Both the position numbers and the translations under genes were made by a program. Below are positions 9,520 to 20,007 of a DNA stretch of 64,000 bases, in pieces. Source of the DNA: Bdellovibrionales bacterium (GTDB taxonomy: Bacteria; Bdellovibrionota; Bdellovibrionia; Bdellovibrionales; UBA1609); assembly GCA_965200875.1 (NCBI GenBank), contig OZ241456.1:1504001-1568000 (forward strand), given 5' to 3'. Positions within the stretch are counted from its first letter, which is position 1; each line of letters begins with the position of its first letter. The notes under the pieces were generated by a model. That model did no database searches and was not told where the DNA came from. It saw nothing but the letters and a program-made list of their open reading frames with translations.

Positions 9520-11602
9520 TTATTCTGCCAAAGTGCTGGAATGTGAATAATGGCTTTTAGCTGTTTTAATGGTTTCTTCCATAATTCGATCAATGGAGTC
9601 AAAGTCAATACATAGATCTGTCTCCTCTTTTTGTTTATAAAGGTAATCTTCTATTTCGTTTTTAATTCTGTTTTGAATATCTCTATTCCTAATCCAATCC
9701 ACAATAGAGTGCTGTTCAATCATTTGAGAAATAATTATGCTCATCTCCACCAGTTTATTGGTTATCGTTTCTTCACTATTCCCAGGTGACTTTTCGTCTG
9801 GCCATAGTGTTTTTTTTAAAATGCCAAAAAAAGCCTTTGCCTCTTCTTTGTCTTTCAGGGCTGAAGGAATTTCATCATCTGTGCGGGTTAAAGCTTTATC
9901 CTTTAATTTTTTAGCCTGTTGTAAAAAGGCTTTCTCACTTATTCGTTCTTCCCGGTATTCATCTAAAGTTTTCTGCAAAAGATCGGAAAGTTTTTCATAA
10001 AATACCCGGTCTTTTTCGATATTTTCTGCAATATATTTTTTTACAGAATGTATAAGCATCAATGCCTGGGATTGAGTACTTTTTCCTGTTAGTTTCTGAT
10101 TAAAATTATTATCATAAATATTGATTAAAGGAACAACTGTTTGTATTTTTTCTGCTTGCACATAAGTGTTTAACAGTCTCTTAATTTTTGGTTCATAGTC
10201 TTTATAAGAGACACTCTCCACAAACACTTGTTGAATATGTTTTTTTAACAGAAGAAAAAATTTTAATTCCTCTTTATATTTTTTTATTTCAGCTCTTGAT
10301 GTTTGAGTAATAAACTCCGCGGAAGAAAGTGCCCGATGCAGGCTGTTTCCAAAAGCAGAAAATTTTTCATAAAAATCCTCTCTTTTGTCTTTTTCAAAAA
10401 GTGTGTTTTCATAAGAGCTTTTGTCCCTTTTATTTTTCACTGAGCTAAACAAAGAAGTCAAATTTGAATAATGTTGAGGTAGTTTATCAATTTCCTTTTT
10501 TATTTCGCAAAAAGAATCTTCAATCTCTCTTTTGTCAAACGAATCAAACTCCATATTCTGTGCACTCTCAGCTAAACTATCATAGTGGGAAACTGCATCT
10601 AAAAGTTGTTTCAGATTGCCATGATAATCAATCACATAACCAAATTCTTTTTTGTCAAAGATCCTGTTTACTCTTCCGGTAGCCTGTAACAAAGTATGTT
10701 CCCTTATGTCTTTATCCAAATAAAGTACAGTATTTCTTGGAACATCAAAGCCAGTTAAAAGTTTATTAACCACTATTAAAATATCTGGTTCTTCTGGACT
10801 TTCAAACTTGGCTATTATCTCTTTTTCATAATTTTTATGGTCACCAAAATCTTCTTTTACTCTTCTCTCATGTTTTTTCAAAGCTGTTTCATCTTCATGG
10901 ATATGCTGATTATCCTGTCTGTCATCTGTTCGAGAGACAACAACTTCTGTGGAAATCTCTCCTATTTCATCAAGGAATTTTTTATATTTAAAAGCAGTGG
11001 CAATACTATGTACAGCCAACAGTCCTTTAAACCCTGTGTCTTTCCATGTTCTGAAGAAATGGGCACTTATATCCATAGCGATCATATAAACCCTTTGGTC
11101 CGTTTGAGCTAAATGATTATTACGATTATATTTTTTTTTCATATCGACTTTCCACATTGTATTCATCTGTTACATGGTATATGTTGTTTGCTGGATTTTT
11201 CCAATCAATATATTTAAGGTCATAACTTTTTTTGTCTCCTTCTATGTTTGTGTGAAAACTTTTTCCTAAGGTAAGAAGATCAAAAACTTTTTCACTGGTT
11301 TTAATCAGCCCCTCAAAAGGTATATTCTTTAACTCGTGAATGGCATTTGATATATCTGTATCTTTAAACGAATACACATCACCCTTGTATTTTATTTGAT
11401 TGATCTTTTTAAGTTGAGTTTCCAAAATATCTTCCAATAGAATATTTCTGGCACTGTTTTTACGAAAGTTAAGAGCTTCTTCTGGTTCCAAATAAATCCA
11501 ACCCATATTTTGCAAAAGCTGAAGTGCCGGAATTTGTGAACTTTCATCTTCTCTAAAAGAAGGGCGCGCTATAGTCTTTTTTCGCACTTTATATTTCGCC
11601 AA
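9520..11602 (-). pseudogene. hsdR: Type I RM HsdR with a large internal deletion and frameshift
   Basis: 11126..11602 is the HsdR N-terminus (SQIPALQLL...YIDWKNPANNIYHVTDEY). 9520..11166 is the C-terminal half (ILIVVNKLLTGFDVP, LYLDK, LLQATGRVNR). Nuclease motif, Walker A and DEAH box are absent between them. Confidence 0.85.
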
Positions 11603-12416
11603 TACCTTGGTTTAAGTCTACTTTATTGTCTTTGGAATGAACACCTTGTTTCAACATGATAATAATATTTTCCAAAAACAAGTTTTCCAAGTGGTTAGTG
11701 TTATTAGCATCAGCAAACTGAATGGCTTTTATGTATTCTTTCCTGTTATTTAATACCATTGGTAAAAAATCCAATCGTATTAATATATACGCCAGCAGAA
11801 GGCGAACCACCCTGCCATTCCCATCATCGAAAGGATGAATATGAATAAATCGCTGATGAAGCTCCACCAAAAAAGCAATAAGAACTTTACATTGTTCTTT
11901 CTTTTCTTGTGACAGCCATTTTTGAACCCACTTTACAAACTCTTCCATTTTAATAGGTGTTTCTTCAGGAGTGGTAAACTGAAATATCTCTCCAGTTTGT
12001 GTAAACATATAATTAGGCGATGTCTTGTATATTCCCGGTATGATTTTTTTTATAGTCGACTGTCCATCTGAAGTTTGTGCTTTTTTGTAGAAAGGCTCTT
12101 TAAGGCAAATTTTATTTAAGTCTCTGATATCTGCTTCGGTGATGGCTCTATCTTTTGTTGCCAACTCACACATATATTTAAAGGCTACATTATGCGCTTT
12201 CATTTCTTCGTATTCTCTTATGTTGTGTTCTCCGGTAGTCTGACCATGAATCAGCAAAAGCGTTGTTTCATTATAGACAAGAGTATTACCTTCAAATTGG
12301 TTGGAATGATGATTAAACCGCAATCGGATCCACTACCAAAGAGCTTGATAATTTTCTTTTGGAAGGGGTTGAACCGCCAACCATTTCTCATACCATTTCA
12401 TAAGTTCCAAGGACAT
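11589..12416 (-). pseudogene. Fic family protein with an in-frame TAG at codon 28
   Basis: HPFDDGNGR Fic motif and SNQFEGN inhibitory motif. Upstream in-frame ATG 12416 gives MSLELMKWYEKWLAVQPLPKENYQALW*WIRLRFNHHSN (TAG at 12333-12335). Confidence 0.8.
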
Positions 12417-12449
12417 AATTTTTCCTTCTTATTTTTTTATTTTACTCCC

Positions 12450-12703
12450 CTGCACGCGTTCTCTACTTGCTCGCGTTCTCTGTCAGTCCACTTTCTTTGG
12501 CAGGCTCGCATTCTCTGGCAGGACCGTGTTCCCTGTCATTCCCGTGAAAACGGGAATCCAATCAAAATAACATACTTTTTCATAAGTCACTGGTTAGTCG
12601 AGTATGAAAAATGTTTTTTCCTAAAACTGAAAGCTCTCTAAGAGCTTTCAGGCCCTTAAAAACGGGAATCCAATCAAAATAACATACTTTTTCATAAGTC
12701 ACT
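12450..12703. repeat. REP-like GTCATTCCCG...CGGGAATCC palindrome, degenerate short tandem units and a 45-bp direct repeat
   Basis: gtcattcccgtgaaaacgggaatcc at ~12535-12559; identical 45-mers at 12547-12591 and 12659-12703; related units at ~9448-9515. Confidence 0.75.
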
Positions 12704-12705
12704 TT

Positions 12706-13452
12706 TTATCCTAGCTTTATACTGTTCAAATACAAATTCAGCGAGTGATTCAAAAAATCCTTTGTGAGTGCCATAAAATCCTCCAGTTTTCCTTTTGTGT
12801 GCGCTTTATCTAAAGCATTATAATACTTCAGTCTGTTTTCTTTTGTAATCACAAGTGGAGGAAATCCTGCTTTCATCAGTTCAAAATTTTGAAGCAAGCG
12901 GGCAGTGCGCCCGTTTCCATCTACAAACGGATGAATTTTAACAAACTCAATATGTAGTAGTGCAGAGCGTTCTGCCGGATGCAAATGTTTCCATTTTTCC
13001 AAGAAATATGTAATAAGTTTTTTCATCTGATCGGGCACAATAGTATAGTCTATGGGGGTGTGCTCAGCCCCAGAAATAAACACATTCTCTTTCCTGTAAG
13101 CACCAGCATTTTTTGGATCAATCTTTTTTAGCACAAGAGAATGAATTTGTCTGATTTGCCATTCACTGATATTTTCCTTATCTGTCACAAGTTTATATAA
13201 ATATTGAATAGCCTCGTTATGATTTATAGCTTCCAAATGTTCTGTGACACTTTTCCCTCCAATGGTAATTCCTTCCAGCACCACCTTTGTTTCTTTTAGT
13301 GTAAGGGTGTTACCTTCTATGGCATTTGAGTGACAGGTCCATTCCAAAGCAATTTTTTCCTGAAGACTTTTAAGGGTATTTTTCGGAAAAGGACGAGCTT
13401 TATCCAATCGAGCTTTTTTTTCATCAATCATTTTCCAGTCATACATAAACAC
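12706..13452 (-). CDS. Fic family protein (class II, N-terminal SNAIEGN motif)
   Basis: HPFVDGNGRTAR; CHSNAIEGNTLT. Confidence 0.93.
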   Translation of the reverse strand: MFMYDWKMIDEKKARLDKARPFPKNTLKSLQEKIALEWTCHSNAIEGNTLTLKETKVVLEGITIGGKSVTEHLEAINHNEAIQYLYKLVTDKENISEWQIRQIHSLVLKKIDPKNAGAYRKENVFISGAEHTPIDYTIVPDQMKKLITYFLEKWKHLHPAERSALLHIEFVKIHPFVDGNGRTARLLQNFELMKAGFPPLVITKENRLKYYNALDKAHTKGKLEDFMALTKDFLNHSLNLYLNSIKLG

Positions 13453-13493
13453 ACCTTTTTTTGTTTTTGTGCCAATTATCAGGATTAAAGCCC

Positions 13494-13749
13494 AATTTTA
13501 ACGCACTGCCAACCATTTTGCTGACATCAGCAAAATAGAAAAAAACCACTTTTAATCTTTTTATCCACCACTTAATAAAACTTCCAGAAGTCTTGTTTTC
13601 TCGAGATTCTTCAAACTATTCTCCGCACTTTTATCGTTTTGCTGACGCCAGCAAAACGATAAAACCTCGATTTTATGACTTTATCCCTCAATCCAATTCA
13701 GTAATTCTAACGCACTGCCAACCATTTTCCCGGCGTCGGGAAAATGGTT
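13494..13749. repeat. Array of three 28-bp palindromes resembling the DinD 'DHF..V.K.V' coding segment
   Basis: 13512-13539 accattttgctgacatcagcaaaataga; 13633-13660 atcgttttgctgacgccagcaaaacgat; 13721-13748 accattttcccggcgtcgggaaaatggt. Copies 1 and 3 share the leader taacgcactgcca. Confidence 0.85.
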
Positions 13750-14602
13750 AATCCTTTCTTTTTTTTCCAAGTAAATTAGGATTTTTTAATCTTTTTTTCC
13801 TATATGATTTCAATTTTCTCTCCAATTTTTTAACATCTTCACTAGGCTGTAAGTTTTCTGGCTTTATACCTCTTTCAATTAAAGTTTTTCTGACACTTTC
13901 ATTATTGATAGTATGCTCTCTTGATATTTCCTGCCCTGTTTGCATTTGATTGGCTTTTGCATTAAAAATAGTGATCTCTGTGGCAAAGTCTTTTGCTTTC
14001 AAGATAATAGTCGGAGCAAAATCAGCCAAAGCTCTATTTTTTGGAACTGCCCATCTTTCTTTCATTTGCTCTGTTGTATATCCAAATAATGCCTGATCCC
14101 CTTTAGAGCGAATAATACCAAAATTTTTTTCTTCTCCGGTCTGTTCATAAATTATACTTGACAGTTCTTTTTCTGTCCCAGCCAGTTTTTTGCGAGCCGA
14201 TACACGTTCTATTTCCAAAATTCTCTGTTGGATAATTTCCAGCTTTCTGGTTTGAACAGCAAAATAAGTCTGGGCAAAAGCCACTTTTTCTTTTCGCGGA
14301 TCACTGTTCTGGGCAATAAGGTAGCAGGCATAACGGGTGAGCATTATATCATCTATAACTTTTTCAGCTCCTTTAGGCATTCTTACTATCCTGTTAGCTT
14401 CCATAAAATGATCAGAAACTGTATGTCCTGCTCCTTGACAGGATATTTTTGCTTTTTCAATAACAGCTTTAAAATTTCTCCATTGTTCATAATCCAACAG
14501 ATTTTGAAGATCGCGAGCCAGCCAAAACTCCACACCATTTTCTGTTCGCTTGGCACAGGTTTCAAAGTCATTGATAAGTGTTTTTATAGTTTCTATTTTC
14601 AT
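13748..14602 (-). CDS. dinD: DNA damage-inducible protein D family (Bro-N-like DNA-binding domain)
   Basis: EFWLARDLQ, LTRYACYLIAQN.DPRK, AQTYFAVQTR, LADFAPTI..KAKDFATEIT. Confidence 0.9.
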   Translation of the reverse strand: MKIETIKTLINDFETCAKRTENGVEFWLARDLQNLLDYEQWRNFKAVIEKAKISCQGAGHTVSDHFMEANRIVRMPKGAEKVIDDIMLTRYACYLIAQNSDPRKEKVAFAQTYFAVQTRKLEIIQQRILEIERVSARKKLAGTEKELSSIIYEQTGEEKNFGIIRSKGDQALFGYTTEQMKERWAVPKNRALADFAPTIILKAKDFATEITIFNAKANQMQTGQEISREHTINNESVRKTLIERGIKPENLQPSEDVKKLERKLKSYRKKRLKNPNLLGKKRKD

Positions 14603-15585
14603 TCTTCTACCTCCTCTGAAGTTTTACTTTTATCAGTTTTATGTTTTCTTTTTTTTACAGAATCTAAAAAAGTTTCTGAAGGATCTATTTTTTCTGAAGG
14701 ATTTTGTTTGATAGCATTTATAATGACAGATATAAGTTCCAGTTTTTTAGCTTTATTTTCTTCAGGATTATCCTTTGTTAATTCATCAATTTGTTTTGAA
14801 AACCCATTAAAGACACTCATTACTCTTTGTTTATGATGATATTCTTCTTTTATGCGATTTGTTTGTGATATAGTTCTTTGGCAATACCAAGCAATCCATA
14901 TTAAAGGCATTCCCACTATTGTTCGAGTGATTATATGTACCCACTTAATTTCTGGGGAGTTATGTATAAAATAAATATAATATCCACCCACTAAAACAAT
15001 AAGTGAGCCAATAAATCCACACCAATACCCTTTTGTACTTTTCTTTTCGTGCGCCTCACGGTAACTTGAGGCCAAACCAGCAGAAGTCGCTCCCGGCAAA
15101 AGCTCTTCTATTTTTTGAAAAAGTGCTGTATATTTTTCCTGTTTTTCTGCAATAATTTTTTTATCAGTATCATGCTGTTTTTGTATTTCATCAGTTAGCT
15201 CTTTTGTGTTCTTTTTCTGTTTCTCTATCTCTGAAACGCAAGCACTGGCAGTGCCTCTTTGTGTTTTTATTTCATCAGTGAGTTTACCAGCTGTGTTTTT
15301 TTGTTGGTTTATATTGGAAATGTAATTACTGGAATCTTCATGCCATTTTTGAACTTCAGAATGAAACTTTTTTGCACTATCATGTTGTGTTTTTATTTCA
15401 TCAGATAAATCATCTGTTTGTTTCTTTTTCTGTTGTATCTCTAAGAGATAGCTATCAGCCTTATTTTTATATTCTTCCACATCACCAGCTAATTGCTTAG
15501 TAGTATCATAATATTTTTGTATTCCAGTAACTGAATTATTGATCAACTCTTTTTTTTCTATATTGTGAATTTCTTTGTTCTCCAT
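14599..15585 (-). CDS. Coiled-coil protein with two C-terminal TM helices
   Basis: Three TDEIKTQ-like coiled-coil repeats, LLPGATSAGLASSY, two hydrophobic segments; overlaps the dinD start. Confidence 0.7.
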   Translation of the reverse strand: MENKEIHNIEKKELINNSVTGIQKYYDTTKQLAGDVEEYKNKADSYLLEIQQKKKQTDDLSDEIKTQHDSAKKFHSEVQKWHEDSSNYISNINQQKNTAGKLTDEIKTQRGTASACVSEIEKQKKNTKELTDEIQKQHDTDKKIIAEKQEKYTALFQKIEELLPGATSAGLASSYREAHEKKSTKGYWCGFIGSLIVLVGGYYIYFIHNSPEIKWVHIITRTIVGMPLIWIAWYCQRTISQTNRIKEEYHHKQRVMSVFNGFSKQIDELTKDNPEENKAKKLELISVIINAIKQNPSEKIDPSETFLDSVKKRKHKTDKSKTSEEVEE

Positions 15586-15660
15586 TTTAATATTCTCCTA
15601 ATGTATTTACGATTCTCTGATATTACTTTTTATGAATATTCCTTTAATTCCTATTGACAA

Positions 15661-18252
15661 TCATATATTTTCTCTTTTTTCAAATTCCTTTATCCAGTTT
15701 TTAAGGAATTCAAAGTCTTTTTTTAATTCTTCAGGTTCAGGTATATTATTAATTACTTCATTGGTGGAAGAATGTAGGTATTTTGAATACTTTGTCATTA
15801 AGTTTTCTAAAAAGCTACAATCTGTTTGATCGATCTTGTAGAGATTTTTTATTTTATTGAGTGTCTTGATTTGTCTCCTATGCCGTTTAACTACATCCAT
15901 AAGTAAAGTGTACTCAATCGTGTTTTCAATAGTAATTCTGAAGTCACTACAAAGTCCTTTTGCAACTGTGTTATATGTATCTATACCTTCTTTTTCCCAA
16001 CATTCTTTGGCTTGCGACAATCTTTGTATTAAAGAGTCTAAAGCCTCTTTTGGTTTTTTTGCGGAAAATGGAATGCCCCCAGGCTCACCTGTACCCCAAG
16101 GTTCTTTTTTTAAGCATATATTATGGAGTTTTATGTCTTTTTTATTCGCATATTCTTGAATCAGCCCAAAAAAGGACAACCGATGCGTAAACACAATGAC
16201 TTGACGTTCTTGAGACAGCTCTACAAGACGCTTAGCGACCGCTTCTTCATAATTTTGATCCAATGAAGATATAGGATCATCAAACACAAATGGAGCTGAA
16301 TTTTGCCCTCCGGTTACATCAGCAAGAAATGCTGAAAGAGAAACAATGCGAGATTCTCCCTCACTAAGAATATCTGCTGTTTTTACTTGAGAGTGTAACT
16401 TTATATCTTTTAGACGCACTTGATGAAGTGTTTTTCCTTTTGCTACCTTTGATTTAAAAAGATCCACTTTTATCTTATCAGCTTTCAATTTTTTCAACTC
16501 AGTATTGAATCTATCAATAAAATCTTTGGTAATCAGTTTTTCTGACAGTTCACTTTTCTTTCTCGACAAAGCTGTTGTGTCTACTAACTTTTTAGCAGAT
16601 TTAAGAAAATCAATATTGTTCAATCTTTTTATCTCTTCTTTTATTGAAGTTACTTGTTCAGAAAGCCATTTCTTAGCTTTTAATTTTTTTTGTTTGGATA
16701 GTAAAGCTTCCCTGTTATCTTCCTTTGCATCTTCATCATATTGTTTTGCTTTTTGTGCATTGTCTGTAATGGTTTTTTCCATTTCTTTTTTCCGGCATTC
16801 AAAAGAAGGTAGAGGGGAAAAATCAGATGAAATTGCAGAATCAGTTAATTGTTTTTTTCTTTTTTCTAAAGCATCATACAGGTTTTTCAAATCTGTATGA
16901 CTATCTGATTGTAATCCGCTTGCGTCAATTTTAGTTTCAATCTCTTTTTGACTAAAAATATTAGGAAGATCATTTATAGCTTGTTTCAATAATTCTTTTT
17001 TATTTTCTACATCCTTTTGTGCTTCACCTTTTATAAACTCTTCAAAAGACTTAAATCTTTCTTTTGAACCTTCATCCAATTTCTGGTGGCATAAAACACA
17101 TAAAGCATCATTTGATAGAACAGGAAAAGATTGTCCTTTATAAGCTTCTTGCTCAGAATAGGCTCTGGCATACTCCCAAAGCTGTTTCCAAGTTTCAGTT
17201 CCCACTCCATTTAAAGATGATTGTTCAAAAAGTTTAGTTGCCACCACTTTTGCTGTTTTTTGAGCTTTTGCAAGAGATTGTTTAAGATCATTAATAATTT
17301 TGCATTTTTCATTAGAAACACTATCTACACACTTATTAGTATTGTTTATCAATTCCAGCAAATGTGTATTTTTTGTTCTGATTTCTTTTGCTTTTTTTGT
17401 AGGATCTGCTTGAGCAAGTCGCTGTTGAAATTCCTGTAACTGATTTTGATCTTCTGTTGTCCATAAGCAGTATTTACTTACTTCTTCTTCAGAGACATTT
17501 ATGGATAAATCATTATACCATTTTCCTTCTTCTGTATCTTTGTGTTCGTCCGGGCAACTTGGTTTTTTTGATGGATGCTTTTTTATTTCAGAGTCTATTT
17601 TAGATGATATTTCTTCGCATATCTGAACAAGATAGGAAAAAAAAGACAAAATTTTCGGTTCATAAGTGATTTCGTTTTCATTTTCCACATAAACCTGTCC
17701 GCATGAAATATCAAAAACGCTTACAGAGCTTAAATCACTAACACCGGGGTTAGATACTTTCCATTTTATACTTTTTGGTTCATTGGCTTTCTGATATTGA
17801 ATAACGCATTCTTGTTCAGAGTTGAATTCTTTGTGAATATTTGGAAGAATTATTTTTGATGGGGACTTTGATCCGCAAATATGTTTTAAAATTCGCACAT
17901 ACCCTGATTTTCCAGAACCATTTAAACCATAAACGATTGAGAGATTTTCTTTTCCAAAATCCAGCGGTTTTTTAGGGGATAGAGCATTAATTCCTTTTAT
18001 ATCTGAAAGAGAAATTAATTTTATTAAATTATCTGCAATTTTATATTTTAAAAGTTTCTCTATTGGTATGTCATCATCTAATTCATTTTGTGGTGTTGTG
18101 ACTTCGTTTACACAATATTTATAAAGTTCCATACAGTCTTCTTCACTCAGTTTTCCTTTATCAAGAATGAGTATAGTGGCTTTTTGAAGCCACTTATGTC
18201 TATCTTGAAACCACTTTTTTAATCCCTCTATCTTCATATTTTTAATCTCCAT
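15661..18252 (-). CDS. Rad50/SMC-like ABC ATPase, RloC-like
   Basis: Walker A YGLNGSGKS, zinc-hook CVLCHQ within a coiled coil, signature LSEGE, Walker B FDDPISSLD, FTH, and a possible HEPN-like C-terminus (FRITIE...SKYLH). Confidence 0.75.
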   Translation of the reverse strand: MEIKNMKIEGLKKWFQDRHKWLQKATILILDKGKLSEEDCMELYKYCVNEVTTPQNELDDDIPIEKLLKYKIADNLIKLISLSDIKGINALSPKKPLDFGKENLSIVYGLNGSGKSGYVRILKHICGSKSPSKIILPNIHKEFNSEQECVIQYQKANEPKSIKWKVSNPGVSDLSSVSVFDISCGQVYVENENEITYEPKILSFFSYLVQICEEISSKIDSEIKKHPSKKPSCPDEHKDTEEGKWYNDLSINVSEEEVSKYCLWTTEDQNQLQEFQQRLAQADPTKKAKEIRTKNTHLLELINNTNKCVDSVSNEKCKIINDLKQSLAKAQKTAKVVATKLFEQSSLNGVGTETWKQLWEYARAYSEQEAYKGQSFPVLSNDALCVLCHQKLDEGSKERFKSFEEFIKGEAQKDVENKKELLKQAINDLPNIFSQKEIETKIDASGLQSDSHTDLKNLYDALEKRKKQLTDSAISSDFSPLPSFECRKKEMEKTITDNAQKAKQYDEDAKEDNREALLSKQKKLKAKKWLSEQVTSIKEEIKRLNNIDFLKSAKKLVDTTALSRKKSELSEKLITKDFIDRFNTELKKLKADKIKVDLFKSKVAKGKTLHQVRLKDIKLHSQVKTADILSEGESRIVSLSAFLADVTGGQNSAPFVFDDPISSLDQNYEEAVAKRLVELSQERQVIVFTHRLSFFGLIQEYANKKDIKLHNICLKKEPWGTGEPGGIPFSAKKPKEALDSLIQRLSQAKECWEKEGIDTYNTVAKGLCSDFRITIENTIEYTLLMDVVKRHRRQIKTLNKIKNLYKIDQTDCSFLENLMTKYSKYLHSSTNEVINNIPEPEELKKDFEFLKNWIKEFEKRENI

Positions 18253-18389
18253 TGATCAATAAGCCCTTGCCTCATAAACTCTTTCACACCCGAGAATATA
18301 AAAACTTTTTACATTGTACCTGTGTATAATCAAGCATCTGTATCACAACCTCTGTCAGGCCCACAGAAGCGTGAGTTTTCTTTGCGTGT

Positions 18390-19649
18390 TCATATCTTTA
18401 ATCTCCATTTTCCGGTGAGGAGTTTTTGCATCAACCCCTTCTTTTGTATGCGATATTGCTCCATTGTTTTTTTAAGCAATTCAATTTCTTTTTGAGCAGT
18501 ATGAAGTATGTGAGCGATCTTGTTTTGTTCAGATAGAGAAGGGATTGAAATTGTAATTTTTGAATATTGAGAAATCCAATGTCTTTTATGAGCTTTTGCT
18601 TGAAAATTAATATTTTTCATTGAATAAAATATAAAGTGTATGTCAGCTGTATCCATTTTTGCAAGTAAAATTTTCATAGCGGATGATTTTACCTTAAAAG
18701 GAAAAGTCACCAATTGTTTTGATGTTGTAAAATCATCAAATATAATAACAGGTAATTGGTCTCTTGAAAATATCCCAGCTTTTTCATTTGTATAGCCAAT
18801 AATAAAACTTTTACCTGCGGTTAACACTGGAATATCATACTGATCATCGTATTGTGTAGAATCAACAATATACTGGGTCGGTTGTTCATAATCCAATACT
18901 TCATCTAGTTTTACTTTTTGCCATGTGGGGTTTTGTTGTTGATCGCTGATGAGCTTTTTTAACAGCCACTTAAACTGTTTTTCCTTGGCAGAGATAAGCT
19001 GTTCGGTTTGCTCAATAGCTTTGTCCCATATCTCCAACACAGAAACAATCGCCTTCTGCTCAGAAAGGGGAGGGAGAAGGATTTTTTGCACTTTCACAAA
19101 AGAAAGATTAGCTATCTGAAATTGTTTGTTTCCTAAATATAAAAATACAGGATACAGTTTCTGTGCTGTCAGATAAAGATAAACTGGATCTAATTCTTCA
19201 GTATCTTTAGGATATAAACCAGCTATATTTTGATTAGTGGCACATTCAAACTTTAAGAATCCTGTTTTGCCAATAGTTGCACCTACTAAAGCAATTAATG
19301 TGGTACTTTTTTTTAAAACTTTAGCCGGTGAATTACTTAAACCCTCTTTAGTAATAAATTCCTTTGCGTTTATAATACTTTTATCCTTACAAGCTGTTGA
19401 ACCTACCCACGGAATTGTACCATTCCAATAAGTATCTACAGAACGGTTTGGAGTACCACCAACTTGAATCTCACAAATATTTCCTAATTTCATTCTTTTC
19501 CATCCTTTAGGCAACTTTGAATCTTCTTCCTTTATTCTAACTCTATTTTTCTGGATTCCAGCTTTCGCGGGAATGACAACAGGAACAAAATGCACATTTG
19601 AACAATGAGGTTGTTTATGCTTTATTGTTTTTTTACTTGATATTTTCAT
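18390..19649 (-). CDS. hsdS: Type I RM specificity subunit HsdS (copy 1, orphan)
   Basis: LPKGWKRMKLG, GGTP, LPPLSEQKAI, IPSLSEQNKIA, KKGLMQKLLTG. Confidence 0.93.
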   Translation of the reverse strand: MKISSKKTIKHKQPHCSNVHFVPVVIPAKAGIQKNRVRIKEEDSKLPKGWKRMKLGNICEIQVGGTPNRSVDTYWNGTIPWVGSTACKDKSIINAKEFITKEGLSNSPAKVLKKSTTLIALVGATIGKTGFLKFECATNQNIAGLYPKDTEELDPVYLYLTAQKLYPVFLYLGNKQFQIANLSFVKVQKILLPPLSEQKAIVSVLEIWDKAIEQTEQLISAKEKQFKWLLKKLISDQQQNPTWQKVKLDEVLDYEQPTQYIVDSTQYDDQYDIPVLTAGKSFIIGYTNEKAGIFSRDQLPVIIFDDFTTSKQLVTFPFKVKSSAMKILLAKMDTADIHFIFYSMKNINFQAKAHKRHWISQYSKITISIPSLSEQNKIAHILHTAQKEIELLKKTMEQYRIQKKGLMQKLLTGKWRLKI

Positions 19650-19734
19650 TTGTAATCCTTTTTGTTCTTACTTTACCTTGTACTATGATTTGTATTTCAT
19701 GTTTTTAAAACCTATTGTCATTATCCATATGTCA

Positions 19735-19986
19735 TTACCCATCGCTATCCTTATTATATTTTGGATTGCGCCCGCCATGATTTTGCCGATACTGCTTTAA
19801 ATCCTGTGCTTCCTTCCTTTTTGCTCCAGCTTCTGTCATTTTTCGAGAAGTTGGCTGAAGGTGAGAAAATCGTTTTCCTTCTTGTTTATGTTGCATTTCC
19901 CTTTTTTCTGGATCCTGTGTTATACCTTTATAAACAACTTTTCTATCTTGTTTTAAATTATATGTTATAGTATTCTTTTTTGGCAT
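19735..19986 (-). CDS. Minimal GIY-YIG family protein
   Basis: ITYNL...VVYKGITQDPEKREMQH...E...NPKYN pattern; AGGAGG RBS. Confidence 0.65.
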   Translation of the reverse strand: MPKKNTITYNLKQDRKVVYKGITQDPEKREMQHKQEGKRFSHLQPTSRKMTEAGAKRKEAQDLKQYRQNHGGRNPKYNKDSDG

Positions 19987-20007
19987 ATTTTCCTCCTTGT
20001 TGGTTTT

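Noticed and set aside
11131..11139. Homopolymer tract as a phase-variation switch for hsdR
   Set aside because: Restoring the frame would not restore the missing nuclease and Walker motifs.
12192..12641. 149-aa plus-strand ORF
   Set aside because: Antisense to the Fic gene and runs through REP-like repeats.
13494..13749. Mini-CRISPR array or dif site
   Set aside because: Cores differ between copies, spacing is uneven, no cas genes are present, and the arms do not match XerC/D consensus despite the 28-bp length.
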